Position numbers and translations under genes: made by a program. Below, in pieces: positions 26,052 through 39,500 of a stretch of DNA of 64,000 bases. Source of the DNA: Tricharina praecox (taxonomy: Eukaryota). Where the stretch lies: positions 744,001 through 808,000 of the forward strand of contig NW_026250411.1 in the NCBI RefSeq assembly GCF_024521635.1, written 5' to 3'. Positions within the stretch are counted from its first letter, which is position 1. Each line of letters opens with the position of its first letter. Under the pieces are notes generated by a model. The model searched no databases. It worked only from the letters and a program-made list of their open reading frames with translations, and had not been told where the DNA came from.

Positions 26052-28412
26052 TCGACTTTGACTTTGTTGCGTCAATAAATCAATGTGTTTTTTTTCGTCC
26101 ATTTTTTTGTTTCTCTTCTTGCCAGATCTTCCTTCTCGTTGCAAACTAGTATTATGCTTTGGGCGTTTCGTTTCGTTCTTTGTTCACGGGATGGGATGGG
26201 ATGGGATGGGATGGGGGGATGGGTGCGGCTCGGCAGATTTCCACTGGATCTACGGTGTAGAGGATTTCGAGACATCAAAAGTTGCGCGGTTTCCGTTTCT
26301 GGTGGGGATTCATAGTGAGTCATCGTGTACCGCGGGTGCGTTCATAGTGAGTCAACATGTATGCACTGCAGGAGCGATTCCAACTGCATGTCTTCAGCCT
26401 TATCGTAGACCACCGTCCCCTTCCTTCCCAGAATGTCTCTCTGCCAGTCAGCCTGCCTTCACCTATGTAGGTCGATCATCACCAACAGCCTAGAACCAAG
26501 AACCAAGAACCACCCTGCCGCACGTTGTCTCACTCTACTACGCTGCTTGCGCTTCCCCGCCGCGAGTGCGAGCTGGTGATGACACACCTACTAACTGGCA
26601 CCGTAGTGTTTCCGCTGCGTCATGGTGTAGGTACTAGGCAGTGGATGCAGCAACAGTTACGGTAGATCCTACGTGTAGGCGATCCTGAAACTTCATAGAT
26701 GTTTCTTTTCTGTTTGATGCCGAGGGGTGGCGAGGGGTGGTACAGCGAGAGCCGTTGGGTGGCGGAGCGTGGTGTGACGGGGATGTAGCGGGGCATGGAG
26801 TGGCGTGGCGGAGAGTGGCGGGTTTCAAGTGGCGGCAGCAGTGCTGTGGTGGAGTGGCGGATTAGGTATCTGTACCCGTGAAGAATCTGTTTGGATATGC
26901 TGGATGGTATCCCCGGCAGACCGAATGGCCGAATGATTGACCGAGGAGCGTTAATGGCAATGTCAATGTCAATGTCCGCCCCCTGGTAAACAGTAAAGCT
27001 ATTGGTCTCCGCCAGGCGGCCCCCCAGTTCCCCGAAATTCTCCCAGATTCCACTCCTGATAGGTGGGTAGGAGGTAGGTAATTACCAATAGTTACCTGTA
27101 TTATAGAGTGCAGTACCCAGCTGAACTGAGCTGTGCTGAACTGAACACTGAGCTGAGCTGTGCTGGACTGGGCTGGACTGGGCTGAGCTGGGCCATCCAG
27201 CTACCAGGTTTACACCAGCGTATCCATCTCCGCTCCTACAGTCCCACAGTCCTACTCAGAAATCTCCGCTCCTACAATCTTATAATCTTACAATCCTACT
27301 CTGCCTACTCTACTCTACCGATTGGCTGGCCGGGGGATCCAGCTGAGATCACCACTGACCAGATGATGGGTACCTAGTATCTCCTCCCCCTCCCCCACCA
27401 CACCGATTTGCTGGCTGACTGGCGAGGTAGCACCAGCAGAGATCACCAGTAGAGACCACAGATTCACCACCGACCAGATGATGGGTACAAGGTATGTAGT
27501 AATCCCATCTCATCCACCACTCACCACTCACCACTCAACCACTCAACCACTCAACCCCTCCCCTTCACCCCTCCCCACCTCACCCCAGCACTCATCGGAA
27601 TGAAACAAACCAAAACTCCAAAGAAAAAAAACCGTTTGGTTGCCGCTGCACCGGGTTGACGGATGAGCACCGGGGGACGGTTTGATTAACCGCCTGACCT
27701 GATGATTCTTGATTTACGCGGCGGCGGCGGATAGTAGTTCCGAGATTTGATCGTTGTACGCACCTACCACCTGGCTACGATACGATATGATAGGTACGAT
27801 GGAACATTAGATACCTAGTCTGTGCCCGTAGACATGGCCATTTACCAATGGCGAAGGGACCGGCATCATCACCTCCATGATCCATCATGATCATCGACCA
27901 AGAAATAACCTCCACATCGGCATCATGGACTCAGAAGTGTCCAGTCGGTATCAACTGTATTATCGGAAGCACCTACTTCTTAAGCAGGTGGTAAAATGAA
28001 AGAAAGAAGAAAAAAAAAGTATGATACAAGGAAAGATTCAAGAAACAGCCAGAAACAGCCAGAAACAGCAAGAGAGAATGCGCCGTGGTCCTTCATCCCA
28101 TCCCGATCCCAAATTCCAATCCCAAATTCCGATCCATCCCAATATCCCATCCCAATATCCCCATTCCATCCATCCCAATATCCCATCCCAATATCCCCAT
28201 TCCATCCATCCCATTCATCCATCCCATTCATTATCCGTCGTACACATCAAGGGTGCGCAGATTTCCCAACCCAACAAAAACCAACCAAACAACCCAACAA
28301 ATCATACCAAAATAAAGCTCATAAGGGTGAAATAATATTGACAAGAAAGTAACCAACAAAACCTTGCCAGCACGGCGGAAACCCCAGAAAACCTCCCATA
28401 AAACAGAAATCA

Positions 28413-30964
28413 TTAAAACCGATTACTCATAACATCCACTACCTCCACTTCCCCCCGCACCTGCACCTGCCCCTTCGCCGGCCCCTGCGCCGGCACCTGC
28501 CTCGGCGCCTCGCCTTCGCCACCCATAAACATCAGCCTGGTCCTTCTGCGCTCGACCTTAACATTTAGCGGTGCCAGCTCAGCGCCGTGTTGTGGTTGGT
28601 GTTGGTGTTGGTGTTGGTGTTGGTGTTGGTGTGGGTGTGGGTGTGGGTGTTGTGAGTGTGGAGGTCTCGCCCCACTGCCGGGCGGCGGGTGCGGCCGTGG
28701 TGGTCGCTGCAGGTACCGCCGCGCGTGGTGCTCGCAGAACGCCTTCCCGTTGATCTCGTAGTAGTCATCGCCGAGGGGGCAGCGGCATTGCTATTCATTC
28801 TCGTCAGCACCTACTTGTGGGATCAAGATTGGGGGAAAACGTACGACGCAAGTAAAGCACCCCGGATGAAACCTTTCCCTCTGCACGGTCTCGAGGCAGG
28901 GCCCCTCGATGCCACGATTACACACGCCGCAGAGCGAGCGGTTGAGCTCGTGGTAGTGGTGGTGGCAGAACGGGAGGTTGTCGAGGACGTAGAACTCCGC
29001 GGACTGGAACGGCAGGTGACACGTTTGGCACACGAAACATGCCTTGTGGTAGCGCCCCGTGAGGCGCCCGTCGGCTGAGGAGACAGATTTCCCTACGATC
29101 TGCTCGCCGCAGCCCCGGCACGGACCTTTGCTCGTGGGATTGCGCTTGTGCCCGACGGGCGTGCCGTGCCGGCTGGGGGCGTGGCTGACGGGCGTGCCAT
29201 GCCGGCTCGGCGGTGCGGGCGGGGAGGGGGACTTGGATAGTGGCGGGGGAACGCGGGAATAAGAGTTGCTGGGACGGCGGCGGACCTCGTCGCGGTCGTT
29301 CTTGAGGGGGACGGGGGGCGAGGTCTCGCTGGGCCGGCGGGCGTCGCGGTCGTTCTTGGGCGGGACGAATGGCGGTGTCCGTTCCCGCCGCAACGGCTGG
29401 GGAAAGTTTAGGTCGTGTATCAGGTTGTCGATTTCCTCGCCGGTGCTGGTAGGAACTACGGGACGCTTGTGCTGGTCGTGGTTGAAAGTCCGCGGGTCCA
29501 CGAATTGCGGACCCTTCGTTCGAGATGTCTCGGATATGTCCGAGGCCGGCGGGCTCGACATGGAGCTCTTGGACAGATGCGAGAGCGCAGAAGACGAGCT
29601 GCTCGATACCGACAGCGTGGCGGCGTGTGCCTGTGATCGCTCATATCCGCCAGCTGAGGTTGGTGAGAGTTGTCGTGAAGCCGGCGATCTTTCCCTCGCT
29701 GGCGGTTCTGGCAGTGCGGAGGGAGGAGGAGGAGGAGGAGGAGGAGGAGGAAGAGGGAGTTCCTTCGCCTGCATCTCCTTATTGCGTCGAAACTGCGAGG
29801 GAGTGCGAGGGAGTCCCACTCCGGGATGCGGCGGTGCCCTCGGAGTCCTGGACGATCTCGCAGAGGCGGTAAATGTGTTTGCCCTACTCGGCGACTCTGG
29901 CACCAAATTTTCTCCCTGAAATTGTGGATTCGGCATTGTCTCCGCGCGGGTCAGGCGGTGGCCGTGAGGTGTGTTCAGCGAGGGATCGGTGATGCTCTCG
30001 GTTCTCCCCAGCATTCGTGGGACAGCGGCAGCAGCCGCCGAATCCCCTCGATGATCTCCCCGCGCCGATTCCTTCCAGCGGTATTTCCCCGCCTCCTCAT
30101 GCGCATGCTCCCTCGATTCGAACGTTTCCCGCCCGAGGGTGTGGTCGACGCTGTACTTCCTCGACGAGCTCCTATCGGGAAAGCGAGCGGCGGGCGGCGG
30201 CGCACGCTCGGTTCCTCTATCATTGCTCCCCCTCCTTGGCTCAAACGGCCCCGGGGCGATAGTGTTCATCTTTGCCATCAACGACAAGGCATTGATGGGA
30301 TTCGGCGCGGGCGACGGCGGCAAGCCTGGCGAGTACTGCGGACGAGATGCATACGTGCCGTTGGCATGCGATTGCAGCGGCGGCGGCACCGTCTGCGAGC
30401 CCTCGCGCATGTGGCTCTTCCGCGCGGGCTCGAACAGCGGGAACGCGCAGTCGATGTTGTACGCGGACGCGGGAGTCTCCAGTGGCTGCCCATCCTGCGG
30501 CGTCGTCGGCGAATGTGCCCGTGAGCCTGAGGCACTGCTCGATGGCGTCAGGGAGTCGACTCCCAGGAAGGACTTGTCTACTGTAACCGTCAGAGTCCGA
30601 AGAGAGCATAAAACAACAGCACGGATGGATGGTTTGACGGGTGTCAAAACGAGGCATGTAGGCATGTACGTACTCGCAATGTAAGGATCTATCTGTGGAA
30701 GTCTGAACTGCTTCTTCTGCGAAGATGATGGGGCAGAAGGCCGTCTCATCGATTGAGGACCTATTACCATGCATTAGTTCCATGACCACATGTAGACACA
30801 CTCGTTGGGGTTGTGCGTATGTGTATATCGTGGAACACACCTGCCTGCGCTACTTCCCCACAGCTGTGGTCTCCCATCAAGTGTATCTCTACGTCGCGGC
30901 CGCAAACCGAGCATTTGATGCAAGGCAGCTGGGCGTTCTCCCTCATGGTTGTAGCGGTAGCCAT
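28413..30964 (-). CDS. LIM-domain protein (N-terminal CxxC..H..C finger, Pro/Ser-rich linker, C-terminal LIM domains)
   Basis: CRGCGEQIVGKSVSSADGRLTGRYHKACFVC..C, second LIM C..C...H..CF.C|..C..C..H, ERRRTRLMFM tail and an HP/HQ dipeptide repeat. The N-terminal exon 30842-30964 is less certain. Confidence 0.85.
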
Positions 30965-31171
30965 GAATTGCGGCGTGGGTGTGGATATGGTATGTGCGGT
31001 AGGTATATAGGTTGGTTGCTGATGGGGGAGGTTTCCAGATGTTCCGAAGCTCGTTCCACCGAGTGATAGTTAACCGGTCAACTTGCGGGTCGATAGAGAC
31101 ATCCAATGCTTGCGGAGATTCTTTGGTCGATTTTCTGGAGTCCGGGGAGGGATGAGTGAGGTGTTTTTTCT

Positions 31172-31202
<31 letters not shown>

Positions 31203-34200
31203 TTGTTTCTTCTTGATTGTATGGCAACTTGAGTATATATCTGTATCGAGGCAGCTGGTTACTTGAGGTCGCGGGTTCTCATGAATGAATGAATGGATAG
31301 TATCCTCCGGGCGCGGCGCGGACTGGGCACTGGTATCTATGTAAGTTGAAGTGTGGGGTGGGTATTGTATCGTATTGTATTGTCTGCGGTATGTATTCCA
31401 GATCCAGCGGGAAATATTCCAGGACAAAAAAGGCGTCGGTGACTCGTGAATTGGGTTGGGTTGGATGTGATGGAGTTCGAAGCAGCAGCGCAGCAGCAAA
31501 GCAAGCAACCAAAGCAAGTAAGAAACCAAGTAAGCAGACAGACAGGCGAGTGAAACCACGCAGACCAGACCAGATCCCAGAGGCGGTTATAAGAGAACCG
31601 AGGAGCAGAATCGGCGGTAATAGCATCGCGTTTTGTACGGGGTTACTGGGGGGGGGGGGGTGTGGAGGGGGGGGAGGGATAGGATGGCCCAGTCCATAAG
31701 GACGGAGGGGGAGGGGGGGGAGTGATTGGGCGTTTCTACTCTACTGTACTTTACTTTACTCTATTGATCCTATCCTCCCCAGTTCAGGTCAATTCGAGCT
31801 TCCACATCCATATCGAGTTCCACATCCAGTTCCACATCCAGTTCCACATCCAGTTCCAGCTTCCCGGCCAACTACCTTCCTTCCTCCTTCACTTCTTCAC
31901 TTCATCACTTTCTGCCCCTTCCCCTTCCACTTCCACATCCTCCACATCACATCCACGTTTCTGTCTCGCTCGCACGCCGCCGCGAACAGCGGCGAACAGC
32001 GCCAGTCGGATACCTAACCACTATACATATCACAAGCTTTGCTGCACTACCGTACTTTCTCGGGGGCGTTCCCCGTTTGAGGCGATTCGTTCGTCGCTCC
32101 TCGTTCGTCGCTCCCCGTTCGTCGCTCGTCGTCCACTTGCTCTTGCTATATAGAGGAGTTAACCTCCTACCTATTGCAAAGGGCTCAGGGTCCGCAACGT
32201 CCGCAACGGCGGTGGACATATAAATTGGCGAGCACCCCCCCGTCCCCCTCCCTGAAACTAAAGGAAGGAAGGGGGGGATGGTGAGGATGAAGGTGTCGGG
32301 GATGTGAGAGAAAGCAACCGCCGTACATAGGACTGGGGTGACTGGGGACTGGGGGGGAAGCGGTTTAGCCACTCCGCGCATCCGAGAAATGAGGAAAGAG
32401 GGAGGAGCACCAATCACGAGCGGTCGCAGGCGCGTCTTGGGTGAGAAGGTAGAGTACAGGAGAGTAGCTGTGAAGGAAGGAAGGAAGGAATAGGACGAGT
32501 ACTATGGCAGAGTAGAGTAGAGGAGAGTATAGTGATTTCGGATGAGATGAGATGAGATATCTCGTCTCGTCTACTCTGCTCTCCGTGTCTGGTGGTGTGA
32601 TGAGGTGGTGTGGTCGTGTGGTCGTGGTCACTGGTCGTGTGTCGCTGCTCAACCTCGCAACCGTGGTCCTGGCTCACTACATAAAAGCGAAAGTGCAATA
32701 CTACCTACACGGCGGGGCTGGCACTGGCAGCCTGGAAGCCTAAAACAGTGCAGAATCCAGAAGTGCAGATGTGTGGATGCGCAGGTGTGCACATCTGGGG
32801 GGCGGGGGGAGACCAGCCACCAGAATGTATTGTGTATGCCCGTTTCGAGGCTCAATATAGGCAGATTTGAAGGTCATCTTCTTCATCAACATTTTCATCA
32901 ACACCACCACTATCATCGTCACCGGGCCCCCAATGGGCCCCCAACGAGAAGCAAACGAAGCCATATTGCCCAAAATATAACTATGGGTAGAGTAACCTAC
33001 CTATGTGAGAGTGAGAGCTGGATTGACTTTCCGCGCACGCCGGCGGGTGGCACGGGTAGAAAGTTTGTACATACCCAAGTACCCAAGTGCCTATTCTACC
33101 TATACTCTACCTATACTCTACCTATACTCAACGGTGCTATACACTGACCGGTGCCCTCCGTGTCCTCCGTGCTTTCGAGCTTTTCGAGCCTTTCGCGTTT
33201 CGCGCCTTCCGTGCCTTTCTTGCCGGACGGATGGGCGGATGGATAGCTGGACGACGATCTCGGGCATTGTTGTTCTGCAGCTGCCCGTAGCAGAGCAATC
33301 GCCGAGGTGTGGCCCGTGGGATGTCGAGTCCGATAAAGACTACCTATAACCACACGCGGGCAGTATTTGGCGAACCTGGGGAGGGAGATGATGATGAGGA
33401 GGAGGACGAGGATGAGGAAGATGAGGAAAAGAAAGCATGTATCTATCGTAGACGCGAAACAAGCGAAAGCGAAAGAAGCAAAGCGGTCGGTGACGGGGTC
33501 GGGGGGGGGGGGGGGGGTTCGAGATATCTATGCATACCAGGACTCTGGGAAATGGGAAACAGATCGAGATCCCGTCACTAGGTAGATACCTGATAGATAG
33601 ATAGATAAGTCCAACTTCCAACGCCCTGTCGTGAGGCGCACGGCGTTATCGTGATGTGTGGGGGGATACGCCAGGTATGTACTCAGCTATGTTCCACCAT
33701 GGTTACGCCTGTCTCCCTCGTTCGTGTGCATAAACATGTATTTCATCACACGACGGTGCATTATATTTCTTGTTGTTTTTGTTGTTGTTGGGGTATGTAC
33801 CTGTCTATCTATCGACATATCATATCTCAGATGTCATGCATGCCAGCTGCCACTCTCTCCAAGTCTCCAAGGGCTGACCTGAGACCCTGCGTCGTTGGAA
33901 GATGGCGCGTCGGCCAGGGCCCATTGCCCAAGTACTGCCCACTGCCCAGGGCCCAGGAGGGAAGAGCGAAGAGCGACGTCGAAGGAGTTCCACGCCTACC
34001 GTATACGGTACCGTATACTAGTAGAGCACGTAGTACCGGTACGTAGAGAATCCGAAGTTCGAACGGCATGTCCGCCTTCTCCGCTGTCTTGTCTGCGAGG
34101 AATTGGAGCCGGTGTATAGATACATACATACGGTACTCAATCGTGTGGCTGCCGCTGCCGCTGCCCTATGTAGAGTACCTGTGTGCGGATTCTTCACGAA

Positions 34201-37149
34201 GCACGCACGCACGAGTTCTGACACTCTGCGCCCGGTGTAGTTATCATCACACATATCGTGTATGCAACCACCAGGCCACGGTGTCTGTAAGCTGCACATA
34301 AGCTGTACACAGCTGCCATCTCCAACTAATTCACACGCACACACGCACGCATACACGTACGCAGGCACGCACGACATGTCTCCCTCTCCATCTCCCTCTC
34401 CCTCTCCCTCCCTCACACTCTCCCTCTCGCTCACCAGGCTGCTGCTGTCGTCGAAGCCTCGGCCTTCCAGCCGCCAGCCGCGAAAATCGGTCCTTCCAAT
34501 CCATCCAAGCCCTCCAAGCTTCCAAGTCGCGACCAATCAGAACTTGGGACGGGGCACAATCGGTTGAGGCCGGAGATCGGCCGGTTGGCGTGATGTGATG
34601 TGATGTGATGGAGCTTGGCAGGGGGAGGAAGCTGGGATGGCGACGCTACGAGATGCTAGTACTGGAAAATGGGTTAGAATGGTTAGAATGGTTACATAGG
34701 CATGCGAGATGCATACATACCGTATGCAGCTGTGGTTGGGCAGTGGTTGGGCAGCTATGGTTGGGCATAACTGCGGAGAGTCTTCGGCACCGTGTCCGCT
34801 TCGCAGGCTGCAGTGGTGGTGGTGGTGGTGGTGGTGGTGGTGGATGTAGTTTTAGAGTGACAGTGAATGTACTCTACCACACTCTATGTCTTGTACTTGT
34901 TGGGTGCATACGGTTGGAGTGGAGTGGAGCGGAGAGTAATATGGATCAGTGTGTGGAGTATGTAACTAGAGTAGAGTAACCGCATCTCCAGATCCGCTCG
35001 GGTGCAACCAATACCGGAATCGATAATCGCTCAATATCAGCCATGTCAATCAGACATCCAGTCAATCGATACTGGTAGAGTAACTACCGAGAATTAATCG
35101 AACAATCAATCTACCATTCAGTCTTCCTGACCCGCCAATTAACCATTCAGTCATCACGATCCCTCAATCACCCATTCGGTCTCAGCACCCGAATCAATCC
35201 ATCAATCAATCCATCAATCGGCTATTGGGTTATCCGATCCATCAATTAACGAGCATCCAATCGACCCGATCCATCAATTAACCATCCAGTCAATCGATCC
35301 GTCAATTAACCATCCAGTCAATCAATCCTCGGAACCAGGCCTAATATCATCCGCCATCCGAATTCGAGTCAGTTGATCCTCATAAACGAGCTCAATCCCA
35401 TCACGCCCATTCACGATGTCGGCACCGTTGAAACGTGTGTTCCTACCGCACCCACGCCAACCAGCCACCCAAACCGAAACCCAAACCCAAACCTAAACGC
35501 CAATCGCAAGTGCCCAGCGGCCAGCCATTTCCGCCAGCCATTTCCGCCCCCCAATTTCTGCCCACCCATTCATTTCTGCCCGCCCATTTCTGCCCATCAT
35601 TGAAACGGGCCCGGTTCCCAACTCCCCACACACCGCAATGTCGCAATATGCTAGATACCTATGCTAGATGATACAATCCAATCCGCACTCGTTACGCACG
35701 CACGTTTTGCCCTGCGCTGTTCTGCTTCTGCCGTTCGAACCGTTACGCTCTGAGGCTCAGAAGGAGGAGGAAAGAAAACCGAAAACTGAAACCCCCCCTC
35801 CATATCTGGCCGTTATGTGTACGGTGTGCATTCCTCTACTCGCCAAGGTGCCGAGCTCAGATCAATGCACTCACCAGAGCACTCACCGTTCTGCAAAAAC
35901 AAAAAGAACAACATTCGTTAACAACAACAGCATCCAACACCATGGCAGCATACATACTTCATATATACATACATGCACCGCACATAGCACTGTGCAGTAA
36001 CGTAACCAAGTATCCAGGTAAGTACACAGGTACTTACCCGGTACTTACTTCACACTCGCATACGGTATGTAGCCATCACCGCCCGCCCCCTCCCCATCGT
36101 GATCTCTCGCTCTGTGTTGTGCTGTTGCCTCCCACAGGGCCACAGGCTACATATCCACCCAACCACCACCGGCATCACTACGACCACACATGCCACATGG
36201 CCTCTTCTGCTGTACATGCCTCTTTCTCTTCCTCTTCCTCTTCCTGCAGCGGAGCGCGGAACGGATGCTGCTTTACCGGAGGATTTCGAAGACGTATGTA
36301 TGGATTCATGTACCTACATGATAATTGACAGCGCACCAGCGGAAACTGCTGAGTCGGTCGGTTGGTCGGTCGATGGCGTTCTGCGCCCCTTCTTGGGACT
36401 GGCTTGCAGCGTTTTTTCCCGGCTGTGGTAGTCTCCTCGCGTGCATCGTTCGTTCTCCGGCATTGCCGTGTTGGGGGGCGGGGAGGCTCTGGAAGGGAGG
36501 GTAGCAGCAGCAGCAAAGAAAAAAAAAGAAGAACAGAGATGCCGTTGGGATGGCGCCGGCATGTCCAGGGTCTTGGTCAGGCACAGGCACAGGCAGTCAG
36601 GCACACGGAATGCTCGGTTGAGGACAGAGTGACAGTTCCTCCCCCCCAACACCCAAGTGCCGCGGAAAAAAGGACACTCTCACTCTTCGGAACCCGCTTT
36701 ACCCCGCTCTATCCAATCCGCGAGATGGGGACGGGGACGGGTGGGTGGGTTTGGTTTGGTCTGGAGCCTACATACGCATGGAGGGGGACGGGGGGACGGT
36801 GGTCCGTGGGCGGTCGGGAAAACGGGCGAGCGTGACGGTGTTGGTCGTACGTACCATGTATCTACCATGTCCTGGTTGTACGTACCTATTACTCGTACCT
36901 GGCTAGCTCTCCAGCCAAATCTATAAAGTTCTTCGCACCCCGCCGCGTCTTCCTCAATCCTCATCATCATCATCATCGCATCCATTGATCTATCGTATTG
37001 TATCGTACCGTCTCGTCTCGTCAACTCGCACAGCTTCAACTACTCCAACCCTTTTCGAACATCCCCTTTTCTCCATCGTTTCACCGGCACTCACACTTCG
37101 AGTCCGGTACCTCAAAAGTCGCAAACACGTTCTCCACTCTCCTCAACTC

Positions 37150-37219
37150 GTATGTTATCCAATTACTTCAGTCGTGCTTGTTTGCTGGCTCGTACACGAT
37201 GCTAACATGAATTCCGCAG
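37150..37219 (+). other. 5'-UTR intron of INO1
   Basis: gtatgt donor, gctaac branch site and ccgcag acceptor, upstream of the INO1 ATG. Confidence 0.75.
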
Positions 37220-37236
37220 CGTTCACCACCCCCATA

Positions 37237-37281
37237 ACGGTAGCAACCGCTCAGCTCCTTCCGGCGGGTGTTCCGATTTAA
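37237..37281 (+). promoter_or_regulatory. Candidate near-cognate (ACG)-initiated regulatory uORF, peptide MVATAQLLPAGVPI
   Basis: ata-ACG-g has A at -3 and G at +4. Fourteen codons then TAA, ending 45 nt before the INO1 ATG. Confidence 0.55.
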
Positions 37282-37326
37282 TATTCTCCATCTAAAATCT
37301 CTCCTACCACCTCCAAAATCATCATC

Positions 37327-38940
37327 ATGGCCCCTCACGCAAACGGCGATGGCAGCAACGGCTCTGTTGCTGCCCCCGCTCATACCGGTCGTGATCTCTT
37401 CGTGGTCCAATCTCCCAATGTCCAGTACACGGAGGACACCATCAAGTCCACATACACGTACCTGACCACCAAGGTCGCCAAGGCGGCCGACACCGGCAAG
37501 TACATCGCTCAGCCCGTTGAGACCAAGTACGACTTCAAGGTGGACCGCAAGGTCGGCAAGGTCGGATTGATGCTTGTCGGTTGGGGTGGAAACAATGGTT
37601 CCACCGTCACCGCTGGTATCATCGCCAACCGCAACGGCCTCACCTGGGAGTCACGTGAGGGCCAGAAGAAGTCCAACTACTACGGTTCCGTCATCATGGC
37701 TTCGACTCTGAAGCTCGGAAATGATGCCGAGACCGGAGAGGAGGTCTACATTCCCTTCCACGACGTCCTGCCCATGGCCCACCCCAACGACCTCGTTCTC
37801 GGTGGTTGGGACATCAACGGCATGAACCTTGGCGATGCCATGGACCGTGCCGCCGTCCTCGAGCCCGACCTCAAGAGGCAGGTTCGCGCCGAGATGGAGA
37901 AGATGGTGCCACTTCCCAGCATCTACTACCCCGACTTCATCGCCGCCAACCAGGAGGACCGTGCCAACAACCTCCTCACCGGCACCAAGGCCGAGCACCT
38001 CGAGAAGATCCGCGGTGACATCCGCAACTTCAAGGAGTCCAACAGCCTCGACAAGGTCATCGTCCTCTGGACCGCCAACACCGAGCGTTACGCCGAGATC
38101 ATCCCCGGCGTCAACGACACCGCCGAGAACCTCCTCAGCGCCATTGAGTCGTCCCACGACGAGGTCTCCCCCTCCACCGTCTTCGCCGTCGCCTCGATCC
38201 TCGAGGGCGTCCCCTTCATCAACGGTTCCCCGCAGAACACCCTCGTTCCGGGCTGCATCGAGCTCGCCGAGCAGAAGGGTGCATTCGTTGGAGGTGACGA
38301 CTTCAAGTCGGGCCAGACCAAAATGAAGTCGGCCCTCGTCGACTTCCTGATCAACGCCGGTATCAAGCTGACCTCGATCGCTTCCTTCAACTTCCTCGGC
38401 AACAACGACGGTCTCAACCTCAACGCGCCGCAGCAGTTCCGCTCCAAGGAGATCTCCAAGTCCAACGTTGTTGACGACATGGTCGCCGCCAACTCGATCC
38501 TCTACGCCAAGGACGAGCACCCCGACCACACCGTCGTGATCAAGTACATGCCGGCGGTCGGCGACCACAAGCGCGCTATGGATGAGTACTACGCCGAGAT
38601 CTTCATGGGCGGCCACCAGTCGATCTCGATGACCAATATCTGCGAGGACTCTCTGCTCGCGTCCCCGCTCATCATCGACCTCTGCGTCCTTGCCGAGCTG
38701 ATGACGCGTATCTCGTGGAAGTCGAGCTCCACCTCTGGAGCTGCTACTAAGGAGTACAAGGGCTTCCACTCCGTCCTGAGCATCCTCTCGTACATGCTCA
38801 AGGCTCCCTGCACCCCCGCTGGTACCCCCGTCATCAACTCGCTCGCTAAGCAGCGCGCTGCCATGTCCAACATCTTCAGGGCTTGCGTCGGGCTCGCTCC
38901 CGAATCGGATATGACTCTCGAGCACAAGCTCTTCGCTTAG
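37327..38940 (+). CDS. INO1: Myo-inositol-1-phosphate synthase
   Basis: [23 protein letters not shown] and [10 protein letters not shown] motifs. Strong codon bias, single exon. Confidence 0.98.
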   Translation: MAPHANGDGSNGSVAAPAHTGRDLFVVQSPNVQYTEDTIKSTYTYLTTKVAKAADTGKYIAQPVETKYDFKVDRKVGKVGLMLVGWGGNNGSTVTAGIIANRNGLTWESREGQKKSNYYGSVIMASTLKLGNDAETGEEVYIPFHDVLPMAHPNDLVLGGWDINGMNLGDAMDRAAVLEPDLKRQVRAEMEKMVPLPSIYYPDFIAANQEDRANNLLTGTKAEHLEKIRGDIRNFKESNSLDKVIVLWTANTERYAEIIPGVNDTAENLLSAIESSHDEVSPSTVFAVASILEGVPFINGSPQNTLVPGCIELAEQKGAFVGGDDFKSGQTKMKSALVDFLINAGIKLTSIASFNFLGNNDGLNLNAPQQFRSKEISKSNVVDDMVAANSILYAKDEHPDHTVVIKYMPAVGDHKRAMDEYYAEIFMGGHQSISMTNICEDSLLASPLIIDLCVLAELMTRISWKSSSTSGAATKEYKGFHSVLSILSYMLKAPCTPAGTPVINSLAKQRAAMSNIFRACVGLAPESDMTLEHKLFA

Positions 38941-39432
38941 ACGAAGTCGGATGTCCTATGGGACCGCGATTGATGTGAAGGAAGGGATTGGGATCGGGTG
39001 GTGGATTTGAGTTGTATTTCTTTGCAGTAGCTAGCTAGTTGAAGGGGGTGGTAAATGGAAATCTACATACGAGTCGGCATTGCGCTTCGGCGCGGTATCG
39101 GCTCCTATTACTCCGCAATCTTTGGTCCATGTGATGCTGTGATGGGATGTGACCGTGATTGTGAAAAAGCGAGGCGATGTCCTCCGACCCGTGAAGAAAT
39201 TTCACCAGTAAATTGCCAAACCCCATTCAAAACCTAGGTACAAGCACAAAACAGTATCTACATAGCAAAGCACCGCACCCTCCATTCTACTCACCATCCA
39301 GTCTCGAGTCCCTATTCCACCCACCACCCAGTCTCCAGTCCCCAGTCTCGAGTCTCCAGCCCATCTACCCGCCCACTCCCAGCCTCAGCCCCCCATTCAG
39401 AGCGAGCGAGACCTATTGAACCTCGCAGCGCA

Positions 39433-39500
39433 TCCATCACCATCACCATCACCATCACCATCACCATCACCATCACCATCACCATCACCATCACCATCAC
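39433..39500. repeat. (CCATCA)n hexanucleotide microsatellite
   Basis: About 11 perfect tandem copies. Confidence 0.9.

Noticed and set aside
28130..28215. 36-nt tandem duplication downstream of the LIM gene
   Set aside because: Ordinary slippage within CCAT-rich low-complexity sequence.
31000..37000. Many short ORFs in microsatellite-rich intergenic DNA
   Set aside because: Low complexity, no motifs and no consistent exon structure.
37651..38925. Long antisense ORFs (also 3590-4531, 13900-14796, 25028-25942)
   Set aside because: Shadows of strongly codon-biased genes on the opposite strand.
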